A stretch of 53,879 nt of DNA from positions 1 to 53,879 of IMG/VR virus record IMGVR_UViG_3300044260_000021; one strand, written 5' to 3'. The position numbers and the translations under genes were made by a program. The notes under the pieces were generated by a model, which was given only the letters and a program-made list of their open reading frames with translations, made no database searches and had not been told where the DNA came from. Positions 18,391-26,535 of the stretch are shown piece by piece (positions within the stretch are counted from its first letter, which is position 1; each line of letters begins with the position of its first letter). The stretch comes from a virus (lineage: Duplodnaviria > Caudoviricetes).

Positions 18391-18957
18391 GTGAGTAGCG
18401 TTTTTTACACGGCGGATACCCATTTCAACCACCCGTTCGTCGCGTCCACCCGCGGCCACGACACGGCCGAATCCCACGACGAAGCCCTGATAGCCCGGTT
18501 CAACGCCCGGCTGCACAAAAAAGACCACCTTTGGATTCTGGGCGACGCGTTCATGGGGTCCATCACCGCCGGGCTGGCGCAGGTCGCCCGCCTGAACGGC
18601 ACGAAGCATTTGATCCTGGGCAACCACGACGCCGCGCACCCGCTGCACCGCGCCGGGCACCGCAAACTGCGCCGGTTCCTGGAAGTCTTCGAAACCGTCC
18701 AGCTGGCCGACCAGCACCGCATGGCCGACGGCACCCGCGTAATGCTGTCCCATTTCCCCTACAAGGGCGACCACTACGAAGACGACCGCTACAGCGAATG
18801 GCGGCTGCGCGACGAAGGCCAGTACCTGCTGCACGGCCACGTGCACGACGAATGGGGCATGCGCGGGCGCATGCTGAACGTCGGCGTGGACCGCAACCCC
18901 TACCCCGTCGGCATCGACACCGTGGCCGCCATCGTCCGCACCGGGGCATCACTGTGA
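18391..18957 (+). CDS. Calcineurin-like metallophosphoesterase
   Basis: ADTHF, LGD, GNHD, SHFP, HGHVH, NVGVD motifs. Confidence 0.92.
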   Translation: MSSVFYTADTHFNHPFVASTRGHDTAESHDEALIARFNARLHKKDHLWILGDAFMGSITAGLAQVARLNGTKHLILGNHDAAHPLHRAGHRKLRRFLEVFETVQLADQHRMADGTRVMLSHFPYKGDHYEDDRYSEWRLRDEGQYLLHGHVHDEWGMRGRMLNVGVDRNPYPVGIDTVAAIVRTGASL

Positions 18958-19868
18958 CAGCGGCCACCGAATGCGGTTCGTGCGGCGCCCCCAATCTTGA
19001 CGGGGCCACACTGTGCAACCGTTGCACCGATTCTTACCTGTATGACCTGGCCGCCGTGGACGACGCGCTGGACACCCTGCGCCCGACCGTCGAACGCCAG
19101 GACGTGAACGGCGACAGCATGGGGTCGTCCGGCCACAAGGTCGCCCCGGCCCCGCTGAACCTGGACGCCATGGCCGCCGAAGCGAACCTGCAGCTGCACG
19201 TCCGCACCACCGGCCGCCGCCTGCTCAGGGCCTGGACGGCCGCATGGGAAGCCAAGTGCGCGAAGATCGACGCGGCCCCGGAAACTGAGACGCCCCAGCC
19301 CAAGCCCGCCCGGCCCGTCCTGCCGCCGGACGACCGGCTGGCGCTATGGATCATCGCCCAGCACAACCTGATCCGTAAAGCCGTCTGGGCGCCCGGGGCG
19401 AAACGCGAACTGGCCCACCTGCTGAAAGCCGCGCAAGGCGCCGCCGAACGCCAGCAGCCCAAAGTCTTCGCCGGCACCTGCGGCCACGAGTCCGCCCACC
19501 CGGACACCCCAGACGAACCGATCGTGTGCGGCGCCGAACTGTACGCCCTGCCCGGCGACGACGAAGCCCGGTGCAAGGTCTGCGGGTCCACCTACGCCGT
19601 CCAGCAGTGGCGGGCACACGGGCGCACCGCCGCGGAATACGCGATCCTGTCCGCCCCCGAACTGTCCCGCGCGCTGGGCGGGTACGGGCTGAACATTCGG
19701 CCCGCCACGATCCGGCAGTGGGCGACCCGGAAACACATTTCCCGGGCGAACCCGGATCACGACGAAGACGGCCGGCCCATCCCCGCCATGTACCGGCTCG
19801 GGGACGCCCTGGACACCTACCAGCGCCTGCAGATCAAAAAGCACGAACCGAAGGAGAACACCCCGTGA
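18954..19868 (+). CDS. Zn-ribbon plus C-terminal HTH protein (possible late regulator)
   Basis: CGSC..LCNRC; C..L...CKVCG; IRPATIRQWATRKHI...YRLGD. Confidence 0.7.
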   Translation: MTAATECGSCGAPNLDGATLCNRCTDSYLYDLAAVDDALDTLRPTVERQDVNGDSMGSSGHKVAPAPLNLDAMAAEANLQLHVRTTGRRLLRAWTAAWEAKCAKIDAAPETETPQPKPARPVLPPDDRLALWIIAQHNLIRKAVWAPGAKRELAHLLKAAQGAAERQQPKVFAGTCGHESAHPDTPDEPIVCGAELYALPGDDEARCKVCGSTYAVQQWRAHGRTAAEYAILSAPELSRALGGYGLNIRPATIRQWATRKHISRANPDHDEDGRPIPAMYRLGDALDTYQRLQIKKHEPKENTP

Positions 19869-20212
19869 GTGACGTGAAGAAACTGGCGCTGGCCTACCTG
19901 TTCCTCGCCGTCGCCGTCTGGTGGCTGTGTTTCGGGACCGGGCTGCAGCTGTCATGGTGGCAGGCCGCGGCGCTGTTCGTCGTGGTCCGGCTGTCCCGTT
20001 ACATTTCGGTGCGGGCCGACCGTCTGCGCCGCCCCGCCGCCGAACCGCTGCCCGGCGTCGGCCCTGACGCGATCCTGGTAGCCATGGACCCCCGCGGGCA
20101 CGCGAACATTCGCGCCGTCGCCGGACCCTGCGAAGTCACCGCATGGGACGCCACCACCTACCAGAACCGGGAAACCCACCTGCGCGTTACCCTGCGGCCC
20201 AAGGTGGACTAA
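19865..20212 (+). CDS. Membrane protein
   Basis: AAGGAG RBS; two hydrophobic segments. Confidence 0.65.
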   Translation: MSDVKKLALAYLFLAVAVWWLCFGTGLQLSWWQAAALFVVVRLSRYISVRADRLRRPAAEPLPGVGPDAILVAMDPRGHANIRAVAGPCEVTAWDATTYQNRETHLRVTLRPKVD

Positions 20213-20472
20213 TGCCTGTCACCCGACGAAGTGTGACTTCCGCAGTTCGCGAACCCTGCCCGCGGTGCCGGTTCCCGATCGGCCCGGACCAGCCCCGGCT
20301 GGCCGTCCACATGGGCACGACCCGCGCCCCCGAAGGCTGGATGGAAGACCAGTTCCAGACGTTCCACCGGCCCTGTGCCGCCGCCCACCTGATCGAAAAA
20401 GCCCACGCCAAAAAGGCCAGGCAGCACGCCCCCCGCACCATCACCCGCACCACTGAGAGGAAAGCGTCATGA
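20212..20472 (+). CDS. Small zinc-finger protein
   Basis: CPRC...FHRPC. Confidence 0.6.
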   Translation: MPVTRRSVTSAVREPCPRCRFPIGPDQPRLAVHMGTTRAPEGWMEDQFQTFHRPCAAAHLIEKAHAKKARQHAPRTITRTTERKAS

Positions 20473-20837
20473 CTTCCACCGAAGCGCGCCAGGCCCTGCC
20501 GGACCGGCGCACCATGTACCTGCAGGAACACCCCGGCGCGGCCCCGCTGGGCTTCACCGCGACCGTGGACCTGTTCACGCTGCAGGCCGCCGCCATGGTC
20601 GGTTACACCGGCACCCGCGTAACCGCGATCGCCGCCGCCGGGGCCGCAGACGCCGCCGGCATCACCGACCCCGCCCCCTACGTCGTGGACGTGACGACCG
20701 ACGTGGACGGCGCCCTGACCGTCACCGGTCACGCCGACGCCGACAGCCTGCCCCACGACGGCGTGACCCGGCACCGGCTGCCCGACCTGCTCGCCCTGCT
20801 GTCCGCAGCCCCCGCCACGCTGGGCGGTGCACTGTGA
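20469..20837 (+). CDS. Hypothetical protein
   Basis: GAGG RBS; coupled. Confidence 0.65.
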   Translation: MTSTEARQALPDRRTMYLQEHPGAAPLGFTATVDLFTLQAAAMVGYTGTRVTAIAAAGAADAAGITDPAPYVVDVTTDVDGALTVTGHADADSLPHDGVTRHRLPDLLALLSAAPATLGGAL

Positions 20838-21721
20838 AGGTTTACGCTGCCGGTCCCATGCGCGGCATTCGCGCGTTCAACTTCCCCGCATTCGACCGGG
20901 CACGCGACAGCCTGCAGGGCCGCGGCCACGAAGTGTTCAGCCCGGCCGACGCCGACCGCTGCAATGGTTTCGACCCCACCGGCATGACCGGCCACGAAGA
21001 CCTGGCCGCCCACGGCTTCGACCTGCGCCGTGCCCTCGCCGCCGACATGGAATTCATCGCCCGGCACGCCGACGCCGTGGCCGTGCTGGACGGCTGGGAA
21101 AAGTCCAGCGGCGCCCGCGCCGAAGTCGCCCTGGCCCACGCGCTCGGGCTGCCCGTCGCCCACTGGGAAGACATCGCGGACCGGACCGGGGCTGGCTCAC
21201 CCGCGTCCGCCATCCCAAGTTTCCTCTGCATTCCCGCGGACACGCCCCCGTCCGGCACCGTCAAGCCCGCGCCGATCAACGGCTATGACATAGCCGCAGC
21301 CTTTGACGTTCCCCCGGAAGCCATCGGCCTGCCCGCGCAGTCCGGCGAAGTCCGTAAGGTGTCCGCGACCGGCGGCGAAAAGGGCAGCAAGCTGGCCCAA
21401 ATGTCCAGCCTTGACCCGCACTCACTGCACATCGTCGCGGAAATCGCCGGATTCGGCGCCCAGAAGTATTCGAAATTGAACTTCATGCGCGGTTACGACT
21501 GGTCCCTGTCCTATGACGCGCTGCAGCGCCACCTGCACGCGTTCTGGTCCGGGCAGGACCGTGACGACGAATCCGGCATGCTCCACCTTGGACACGCGGC
21601 CTGGCACTGCCTGGCCCTCATTTCCTTCCACGAAAGGGGGCTGGGCACGGATGACCGATACACCAGCACGGACATGTCGGACCTGCAAACCAAAACACCC
21701 CGGAAGGACAACGCAGCATGA
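20834..21721 (+). CDS. DUF4406 (nucleoside deoxyribosyltransferase-like) fused to dATP/dGTP diphosphohydrolase (DUF5664-like)
   Basis: KVYAAGPMRG..FNFPAF..SPA..GWEKSSGARAE; then FGAQKY..N..G..WS..YDALQRHL..D.ESG..HLGHAAW. Confidence 0.85.
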   Translation: MKVYAAGPMRGIRAFNFPAFDRARDSLQGRGHEVFSPADADRCNGFDPTGMTGHEDLAAHGFDLRRALAADMEFIARHADAVAVLDGWEKSSGARAEVALAHALGLPVAHWEDIADRTGAGSPASAIPSFLCIPADTPPSGTVKPAPINGYDIAAAFDVPPEAIGLPAQSGEVRKVSATGGEKGSKLAQMSSLDPHSLHIVAEIAGFGAQKYSKLNFMRGYDWSLSYDALQRHLHAFWSGQDRDDESGMLHLGHAAWHCLALISFHERGLGTDDRYTSTDMSDLQTKTPRKDNAA

Positions 21722-21954
21722 TCATCAGCACGAAGCACGCCGCAGCGATCCGCCACGGCATCCTGCTGGCCCGCCACGTCATTGACGAAGCCCGGGAATT
21801 CCCCGGCGACGTGGTGGCCGTGGACCCGTCCGGCGTGGCCGGTTACGCGTTCCGCCGGTCCCTGGGGCGGCAGGCATTCGGCGTCGGCCGGTTCCTGCGG
21901 TTCGAAGGCCGGTTCGTCCGGCTGGTCCGCGCCCACCGCTGGCCCGGCAGGTAG
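21718..21954 (+). CDS. Hypothetical protein
   Basis: AAGGA RBS; ends before the terminator. Confidence 0.55.
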   Translation: MIISTKHAAAIRHGILLARHVIDEAREFPGDVVAVDPSGVAGYAFRRSLGRQAFGVGRFLRFEGRFVRLVRAHRWPGR

Positions 21955-21966
21955 GGCAGGAGACGC

Positions 21967-22007
21967 GAAAAGGCCCGGCAGGGGACAATCCCCCACCGGG
22001 CCTTTTC
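21967..22007. terminator. Bidirectional intrinsic terminator
   Basis: GAAAAGGCCCGG...CCGGGCCTTTTC between convergent genes. Confidence 0.85.
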
Positions 22008-22014
22008 TGCGCCC

Positions 22015-22215
22015 TCAGTCAGCGGCTGGCGTGTCCGGCTGAATGTCCGCGACCGACGCGGGCAGCCAGACAGGTTCGCGGCCCACCCGGAAGTCCGGTT
22101 CGGGCAGCTTGCCCCGGTGGGTCCACTGCCGCAGCGTGTTCACCGGCACGCCCAAACGGGCGGACAGGTCCGCGTAGGTGACAAGCGCGGGAACGGCTTT
22201 CTTACGTGGTGCCAT
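22015..22215 (-). CDS. AlpA/MerR-like HTH regulator
   Basis: LVTYADLSARLGVPVNTLRQWTHRGKLPEPD...PVW. Confidence 0.82.
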   Translation of the reverse strand: MAPRKKAVPALVTYADLSARLGVPVNTLRQWTHRGKLPEPDFRVGREPVWLPASVADIQPDTPAAD

Positions 22216-22219
22216 GGCT

Positions 22220-22444
22220 CTAGGCCCTTTCGGCTTTCGTGAGTGATGAGGCGGCCACGTCGCGGCTGCCCGGGTAGTGGTCGGTCGTCTGGTTGCCGTC
22301 CGTGTCCACGGCGGCCCACGTGGTCCCGGTGTCCCGGTAGACGGTGCCCAATTCGCGGCCGGTGGCCTTTTCCGTGACCGTGTAGTGCATGACCCGCAGC
22401 CCGGTCGGCCGATAGCTGTAGCGGGTGTCTTTGGTTCCTGGCAT
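22220..22444 (-). CDS. Hypothetical protein
   Basis: Own promoter and AGGGG RBS. Confidence 0.7.
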   Translation of the reverse strand: MPGTKDTRYSYRPTGLRVMHYTVTEKATGRELGTVYRDTGTTWAAVDTDGNQTTDHYPGSRDVAASSLTKAERA

Positions 22445-22477
22445 TTTCGTTTCCCCTGTCTAGTGGTTACTGGTTAC

Positions 22478-22507
22478 AGCGTAACGTTACGTTATGCGCA
22501 GGTGCAA
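22478..22507 (-). promoter_or_regulatory. Promoter with CGTAACG-N3-CGTTATG operator (copy 1)
   Basis: TTGCAC-18 bp-TACGCT; palindrome 22480-22496. Confidence 0.8.
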
Positions 22508-22557
22508 GACCTTACGCGAACTTTCTGGGCGGGACCGGCTGGCCCCGCCCGGGTCGG

Positions 22558-22791
22558 TTACTTGAGTTTGGTTTCTTCGATCATGCCGCCGACGTTCAGG
22601 ACGTAGACAGGGTTTCCGCGCTTGCGCAGCGGCGTGCCGCCGGGGAAGCTGTGCGGCTGGGAGACGCCCGGTTCGATCATGTAGGCGGTTCTCTTTTTGC
22701 TGATCAGCACGTCCGTGCCGGACCAGTTTTCTACGGTGTAGTCGGCGCCTGCAATGGTGACGATTGTGAGTTCCTGGGGCCGTGCGTTCAT
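22558..22791 (-). CDS. Hypothetical protein
   Basis: AGGAG RBS; own promoter. Confidence 0.7.
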   Translation of the reverse strand: MNARPQELTIVTIAGADYTVENWSGTDVLISKKRTAYMIEPGVSQPHSFPGGTPLRKRGNPVYVLNVGGMIEETKLK

Positions 22792-22821
22792 TGTGTTCTC
22801 CTAGGTTGTTCCGTTGGATCA

Positions 22822-22850
22822 AGCGTAACGCACCGTTACGCCATGCGCAA
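22822..22850 (-). promoter_or_regulatory. Promoter with CGTAACG-N3-CGTTACG operator (copy 2)
   Basis: TTGCGC-17 bp-TACGCT; palindrome 22824-22840. Confidence 0.82.
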
Positions 22851-22894
22851 CACGGACCGCGAAAAAGTCCGGCCAACTTTTCCGGCCGCAGGAC

Positions 22895-22923
22895 TTGCCA
22901 TATCCGTAACGCACCGTTACGCT
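22895..22923 (+). promoter_or_regulatory. Promoter with CGTAACG-N3-CGTTACG operator (copy 3)
   Basis: TTGCCA-17 bp-TACGCT; palindrome 22905-22921. Confidence 0.82.
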
Positions 22924-23002
22924 ATTACCAGAGCGAACCACCCGCCAGGGGCCGGAAAGTCCGGCCCCACCGACGCCCCGCCGGGGCAGAAAGGAGGCCA
23001 CC

Positions 23003-23200
23003 ATGGCCCCCAGTACCCTTTCCGTAAGCTGCCCCGCAGTCGTCTGCACCTGCGGCGGAACCCAGAAGGTCACGGCCACGCCCGGCAAGGACCGCCGCAC
23101 CGGGCGCCTGACCGTCACATACTCACCCTGCGGGTCGCTGAAAGCGCAGGGCTGGCAGGGCGACGTGGCTTACGTCGCGTGGGCTGGTGACGCCGCGTGA
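23003..23200 (+). CDS. Small Cys-containing hypothetical protein
   Basis: AAGGAGG RBS. Confidence 0.7.
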   Translation: MAPSTLSVSCPAVVCTCGGTQKVTATPGKDRRTGRLTVTYSPCGSLKAQGWQGDVAYVAWAGDAA

Positions 23201-23400
23201 ACCGCCAGAACGACGCTACGCTGGCTGGCGCCAGCGTCCGCCGCCACCTAGACGCGGGAATCCGCGACTGGACGGTGGGGCAGTTGGTCCGCTGGGCGCT
23301 CCGGTCATGCACCAGAGCCGAACTAGCGGCGGCGTCCGGCTGTTCCCTCTATCAGATCGACCGGCTACGCAAGGTCTACCACCCAGACCAGGCGCACTAG
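23197..23400 (+). CDS. Small HTH-like protein
   Basis: TRAELAAASGCSLYQIDRL; GTGA overlap. Confidence 0.6.
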   Translation: MNRQNDATLAGASVRRHLDAGIRDWTVGQLVRWALRSCTRAELAAASGCSLYQIDRLRKVYHPDQAH

Positions 23401-23403
23401 AAC

Positions 23404-23431
23404 GGCCGGGGCCACGCGCCCCGGCCTTTTT
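23404..23431 (+). terminator. Intrinsic terminator
   Basis: GGCCGGGGC-loop-GCCCCGGCC-TTTTT. Confidence 0.85.
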
Positions 23432-23442
23432 CGTGTCTGGGC

Positions 23443-23472
23443 TTGCGCATGCCCGTCACGCTGCGTTACGCT
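23443..23472 (+). promoter_or_regulatory. Promoter with CGTCACG-N3-CGTTACG operator (copy 4)
   Basis: TTGCGC-18 bp-TACGCT; palindrome 23454-23470. Confidence 0.8.
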
Positions 23473-23507
23473 TATTCCAGACGCAGGAACCGACGAAAGG
23501 CAAGACC

Positions 23508-23672
23508 ATGAACCCGATCCACATCACCGCCGAAGCCGCCGCCACGAAGGCCTACGCATTCGTAGCAGCCAAGCCCGCGAACGCAGGCAAGACGCCCGCC
23601 GAACTGCGGCCCGAAGCCCGCGAACTGCTGACGGGCATGATCCGCAAGGGCCTTTTCATCATCACGAACTAA
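23508..23672 (+). CDS. Hypothetical protein (54 aa)
   Basis: GAAAGG RBS; MNPIHITAEAAATKAY... Confidence 0.7.
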   Translation: MNPIHITAEAAATKAYAFVAAKPANAGKTPAELRPEARELLTGMIRKGLFIITN

Positions 23673-23727
23673 CCCACCCCACCCCGGGGGCCGGGAAACC
23701 GGCCCCCACCACCGAAAGGAACCCACC

Positions 23728-23955
23728 ATGGCCCGCAAGACAGCCCCCGCCGTAGACGCCGAATTCTTCGAACTGGGACGCATGAACGCGAACAGCGGTA
23801 TCCGCCGCGGCACGATCCATTCCCACCGCGTGCAGGACGCGCTGCAGGGCCTGCCCGTCGGGTCCGAACGGGGCCGCCAGGTCATGGAGTCCTACAGCGC
23901 GGGCTGGGATAAGGGCCACTCGGAATTCATGGCCGAATTCGGCCCCAAGGGCTGA
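23728..23955 (+). CDS. Hypothetical protein
   Basis: GAAAGGA RBS after a GAAA-tetraloop hairpin at 23686-23707. Confidence 0.72.
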   Translation: MARKTAPAVDAEFFELGRMNANSGIRRGTIHSHRVQDALQGLPVGSERGRQVMESYSAGWDKGHSEFMAEFGPKG

Positions 23956-23960
23956 CGGGC

Positions 23961-23989
23961 TTGCGTCAGGCGTAACGGTGCGTTACGCT
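23961..23989 (+). promoter_or_regulatory. Promoter with CGTAACG-N3-CGTTACG operator (copy 5)
   Basis: TTGCGT-17 bp-TACGCT; palindrome 23971-23987. Confidence 0.82.
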
Positions 23990-24024
23990 GGTATCACACC
24001 GCAGGAACCACGAAGGAGAACGAA

Positions 24025-24252
24025 ATGAACATCAGGTCCGCCAAAGTCTGGTCCCCCACCATGGCGCAGGTCAAAGGAACCCTGACCGACCCCACCCTGT
24101 CCGACGACCAGCTGCACGGCCTGGCAGTCCGGGCCATCATCGACCAGAACGGCCCCGGCCAGTGGGGGCTGCTGAACGTCTTCCGCTACACGGTCGTGGA
24201 CGACGAAGCAGGCACCAGCGAAGACCGCGTGGAAATCAACCTGCGCGGCTGA
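24025..24252 (+). CDS. Hypothetical protein
   Basis: AAGGAG RBS. Confidence 0.72.
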   Translation: MNIRSAKVWSPTMAQVKGTLTDPTLSDDQLHGLAVRAIIDQNGPGQWGLLNVFRYTVVDDEAGTSEDRVEINLRG

Positions 24253-24285
24253 ACGAAGCGGCGCTACGCGAACTGCACGCCCAAG

Positions 24286-24314
24286 TTGACAGAAAGGTGC
24301 GTCACACGTAATTT
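24286..24314 (+). promoter_or_regulatory. Near-consensus sigmaA-type promoter (candidate late promoter)
   Basis: TTGACA-17 bp-TAATTT; operator motif at 24267-24280 just upstream; hairpin 24333-24370 downstream. Confidence 0.75.
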
Positions 24315-24649
24315 TGACCATGAAGAAGTTTTAGAAGCCCGGAGCGCGGAACGAACCGCCCCGGGCTTCTCCCATGCTTGGCAGGTCACGCGTCAACACG
24401 CGGGCCGCTATTCCCCGGTGAAGGACCGTTCGGGCGCGTATTCTCCCGCCTGCTATGAACGACCCTGCGCGGGCCTGCCACTTCTACCTGCCGCCCGACA
24501 CTGGCACCCCCCAAGGGCGGGGCGCCTCGCGTGTCCCAGCGCGGCCAGGAACACCCGCCCACGGCGGGACCAAAGAAAACGCCGCTTCGGCACCGTTCCC
24601 CGGCACGACATAAAGAACGGGCACCCTACTTTCTTACGGAAGGTGCACC

Positions 24650-24901
24650 ATGTCCACGATCACCGCCCCCGCCGCCGTGCGTCCCCGCCGTCGGCCCCGG
24701 TTCTACCTTGGCTGCCACTTCTACGACATTTACACCGACCCGCGGCACGACGACGCCGACCGGGCCGCCATTACCGATCTGCTGCTGTCCCCTGCCGGGC
24801 ATCACGAAGTCTTCGAAAGGCTGGCACCCATGGGCCTAGGCGTGTCGGAAAAGATGATCGAACGGCACCGCCGGTCCCTGTGCACCTGCGGGCGTATCTG
24901 A
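24650..24901 (+). CDS. Small protein ending HRRxxCxC, coupled to the metallophosphoesterase
   Basis: AAGG RBS; VSEKMIERHRRSLCTC; TGATG coupling. Confidence 0.65.
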   Translation: MSTITAPAAVRPRRRPRFYLGCHFYDIYTDPRHDDADRAAITDLLLSPAGHHEVFERLAPMGLGVSEKMIERHRRSLCTCGRI

Positions 24902-26112
24902 TGGGTGAACTTGCCGACAAACTGGCCCGCACGACGGCCGTAAGCCCGGACGCCCGCCGGGTCCGCGGACAGCACCCGCAGGGCTTCGAACCCGGCGTCC
25001 GGTTCAGCACCGATTCCCGCCTGCCCGTCGCCGCGACGATCAGCAGCGACGAAGAAATTTTCACCGCCGCGGACCACCGCGCCAAGATCATTGAACAGAC
25101 CGGCCTCACCATCCCGGCGAACCTGGACGTGGTGCTGGAACGCTTGACGCTGCAGAACAGCGCCGGGGGCGTCCCGGACCGCTGGTGGTACAAATACAAG
25201 TTCGTGGAGCGCCCAGACGGTTTCCTGTCCGGCTATGACGCCGTGGCCGCCCTGAAATCCCTGCGCCCCAACCGGCGCCGCGTGTCCCCCGTGTACGACG
25301 GCGGGACCACGCTCGGGCTGGAATGGAACGACTGGCAGCTGGGCAAGCAGGTAGGCGGCGGCACCGCCGCCACGGTCGAACGCTTCGACGCCGCCATAGA
25401 GGCCACCGCGGCCCGCGCGAAGGAACTGCGCAAGATCGGCCGCGACCCCGGGGAACTGTTGATCGTCGGGAACGGCGACATGGTGGAAGGCTGTTTCATC
25501 TACCCGCACCAGTCGTTCGAAATCGACATGGACCGCCGGGACCAGCTGAACACCGGCACGACCATGATCCTGGACGGCCTGGACCGCCTCGCGCCGCTTT
25601 TCAAACGGGTCCGGGTGCTGGCCGTCGGCGGGAACCACGGCGAACACCGGGTGGACGGCAAGCGGGTAAACCGCCATGACAACGATGATGTCAAAATCTT
25701 CGAAGACGCCGCCCGCACCGCGTCCCGGGACAAGCGCCTGGCCCACGTGGCGTTCACGCTGGCGCAGTCCGAACCGGCCAAAACCATTGACGTGCACGGC
25801 TGGGTCTACGCCGCCACGCACGGGTCGGTCTACGGCAAGGGCACGGGCGGATCACCCGCGATCAAGGCTTACAACTGGTTCCGCAACCAGGCGGCCGGAC
25901 GCCAGCCCGCAGGCGACGCCGACGTGCTGCTGGGCGCCCACTTCCACCACCTGCTGCTGCAGGACTGGGGGAACACGTTGTTCGTGCAGGCCCCCGCGCT
26001 GGACGGCGGCAGCCCGCAGTTCACCGACTGGTCCGGCACCGAATCGGCCCCCGGCATGATGTCGTGGCTGATCACCCCGGACAGCCGTTTTCAAGACCTG
26101 GCGATTCTGTAG
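24901..26112 (+). CDS. Metallophosphoesterase-family nuclease (Mre11/PolD small-subunit-like)
   Basis: NDWQLGK, GDMVEG, GNHG, THG, AHFHH motifs. Confidence 0.85.
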   Translation: MGELADKLARTTAVSPDARRVRGQHPQGFEPGVRFSTDSRLPVAATISSDEEIFTAADHRAKIIEQTGLTIPANLDVVLERLTLQNSAGGVPDRWWYKYKFVERPDGFLSGYDAVAALKSLRPNRRRVSPVYDGGTTLGLEWNDWQLGKQVGGGTAATVERFDAAIEATAARAKELRKIGRDPGELLIVGNGDMVEGCFIYPHQSFEIDMDRRDQLNTGTTMILDGLDRLAPLFKRVRVLAVGGNHGEHRVDGKRVNRHDNDDVKIFEDAARTASRDKRLAHVAFTLAQSEPAKTIDVHGWVYAATHGSVYGKGTGGSPAIKAYNWFRNQAAGRQPAGDADVLLGAHFHHLLLQDWGNTLFVQAPALDGGSPQFTDWSGTESAPGMMSWLITPDSRFQDLAIL

Positions 26113-26120
26113 GGGGCATC

Positions 26121-26321
26121 GTGAAAAAGCTGCTGGCGGCCCTGCGCGGCCGTAGAAATGACCACGTGGCCCTGCAGGTCAGCACGCCCAAGAGCGGCGG
26201 CCTGCAGGTCAGCGGACGGGCCGCGGACGTGCTGGAACTGGCGCGCTGGTGGGAAGCATCCCGCCCGGACGCCACACCCGACGCCCCCACGCCCCGGACC
26301 GGCTTTCAAAAGGCCGACTGA
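26121..26321 (+). CDS. Hypothetical protein
   Basis: GTG after AGGGGG; coupled. Confidence 0.55.
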   Translation: MKKLLAALRGRRNDHVALQVSTPKSGGLQVSGRAADVLELARWWEASRPDATPDAPTPRTGFQKAD

Positions 26322-26491
26322 TGGCGAAGGAACGCGACGCCCGCATTTTCTGCCGTTGCGGCCTGATGTGGGACAACCGCGGCGCCTGCCCGCACTGTGA
26401 CCAGGAATGCCCCCGCGGCGTCCTGTCCTGCGCGCGCTGCGCCCTGCACAGCAAACAGACCGACACCGACGCCCACCGGGCGCGGCCGTAG
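26321..26491 (+). CDS. Small Cys-rich protein
   Basis: CRC..CPHC..C..CARC. Confidence 0.6.
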   Translation: MAKERDARIFCRCGLMWDNRGACPHCDQECPRGVLSCARCALHSKQTDTDAHRARP

Positions 26492-26535
26492 AGGTTGGCC
26501 CCGCCGGGGGCATCAGGAAAAAATACCCGGCACCC

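Noticed and set aside
20834-21721. 2-aminoadenine (Z-genome) pathway
   Set aside because: No PurZ, DatZ-like HD hydrolase or DNA polymerase is recognisable in the genome.
22480-23987. CRISPR-like or integron attC-like array
   Set aside because: The repeats are 17-bp palindromes at irregular spacing, each fixed within a promoter. There are no constant-length spacers, cas genes or integron integrase.
24286-24900. 205-aa N-terminal extension of the nuclease ORF (608-aa call)
   Set aside because: The TTG is the -35 box of a promoter, the extension is low-complexity, and it overlaps the better ORF 24650-24901. The true start is likely ATG 24901.
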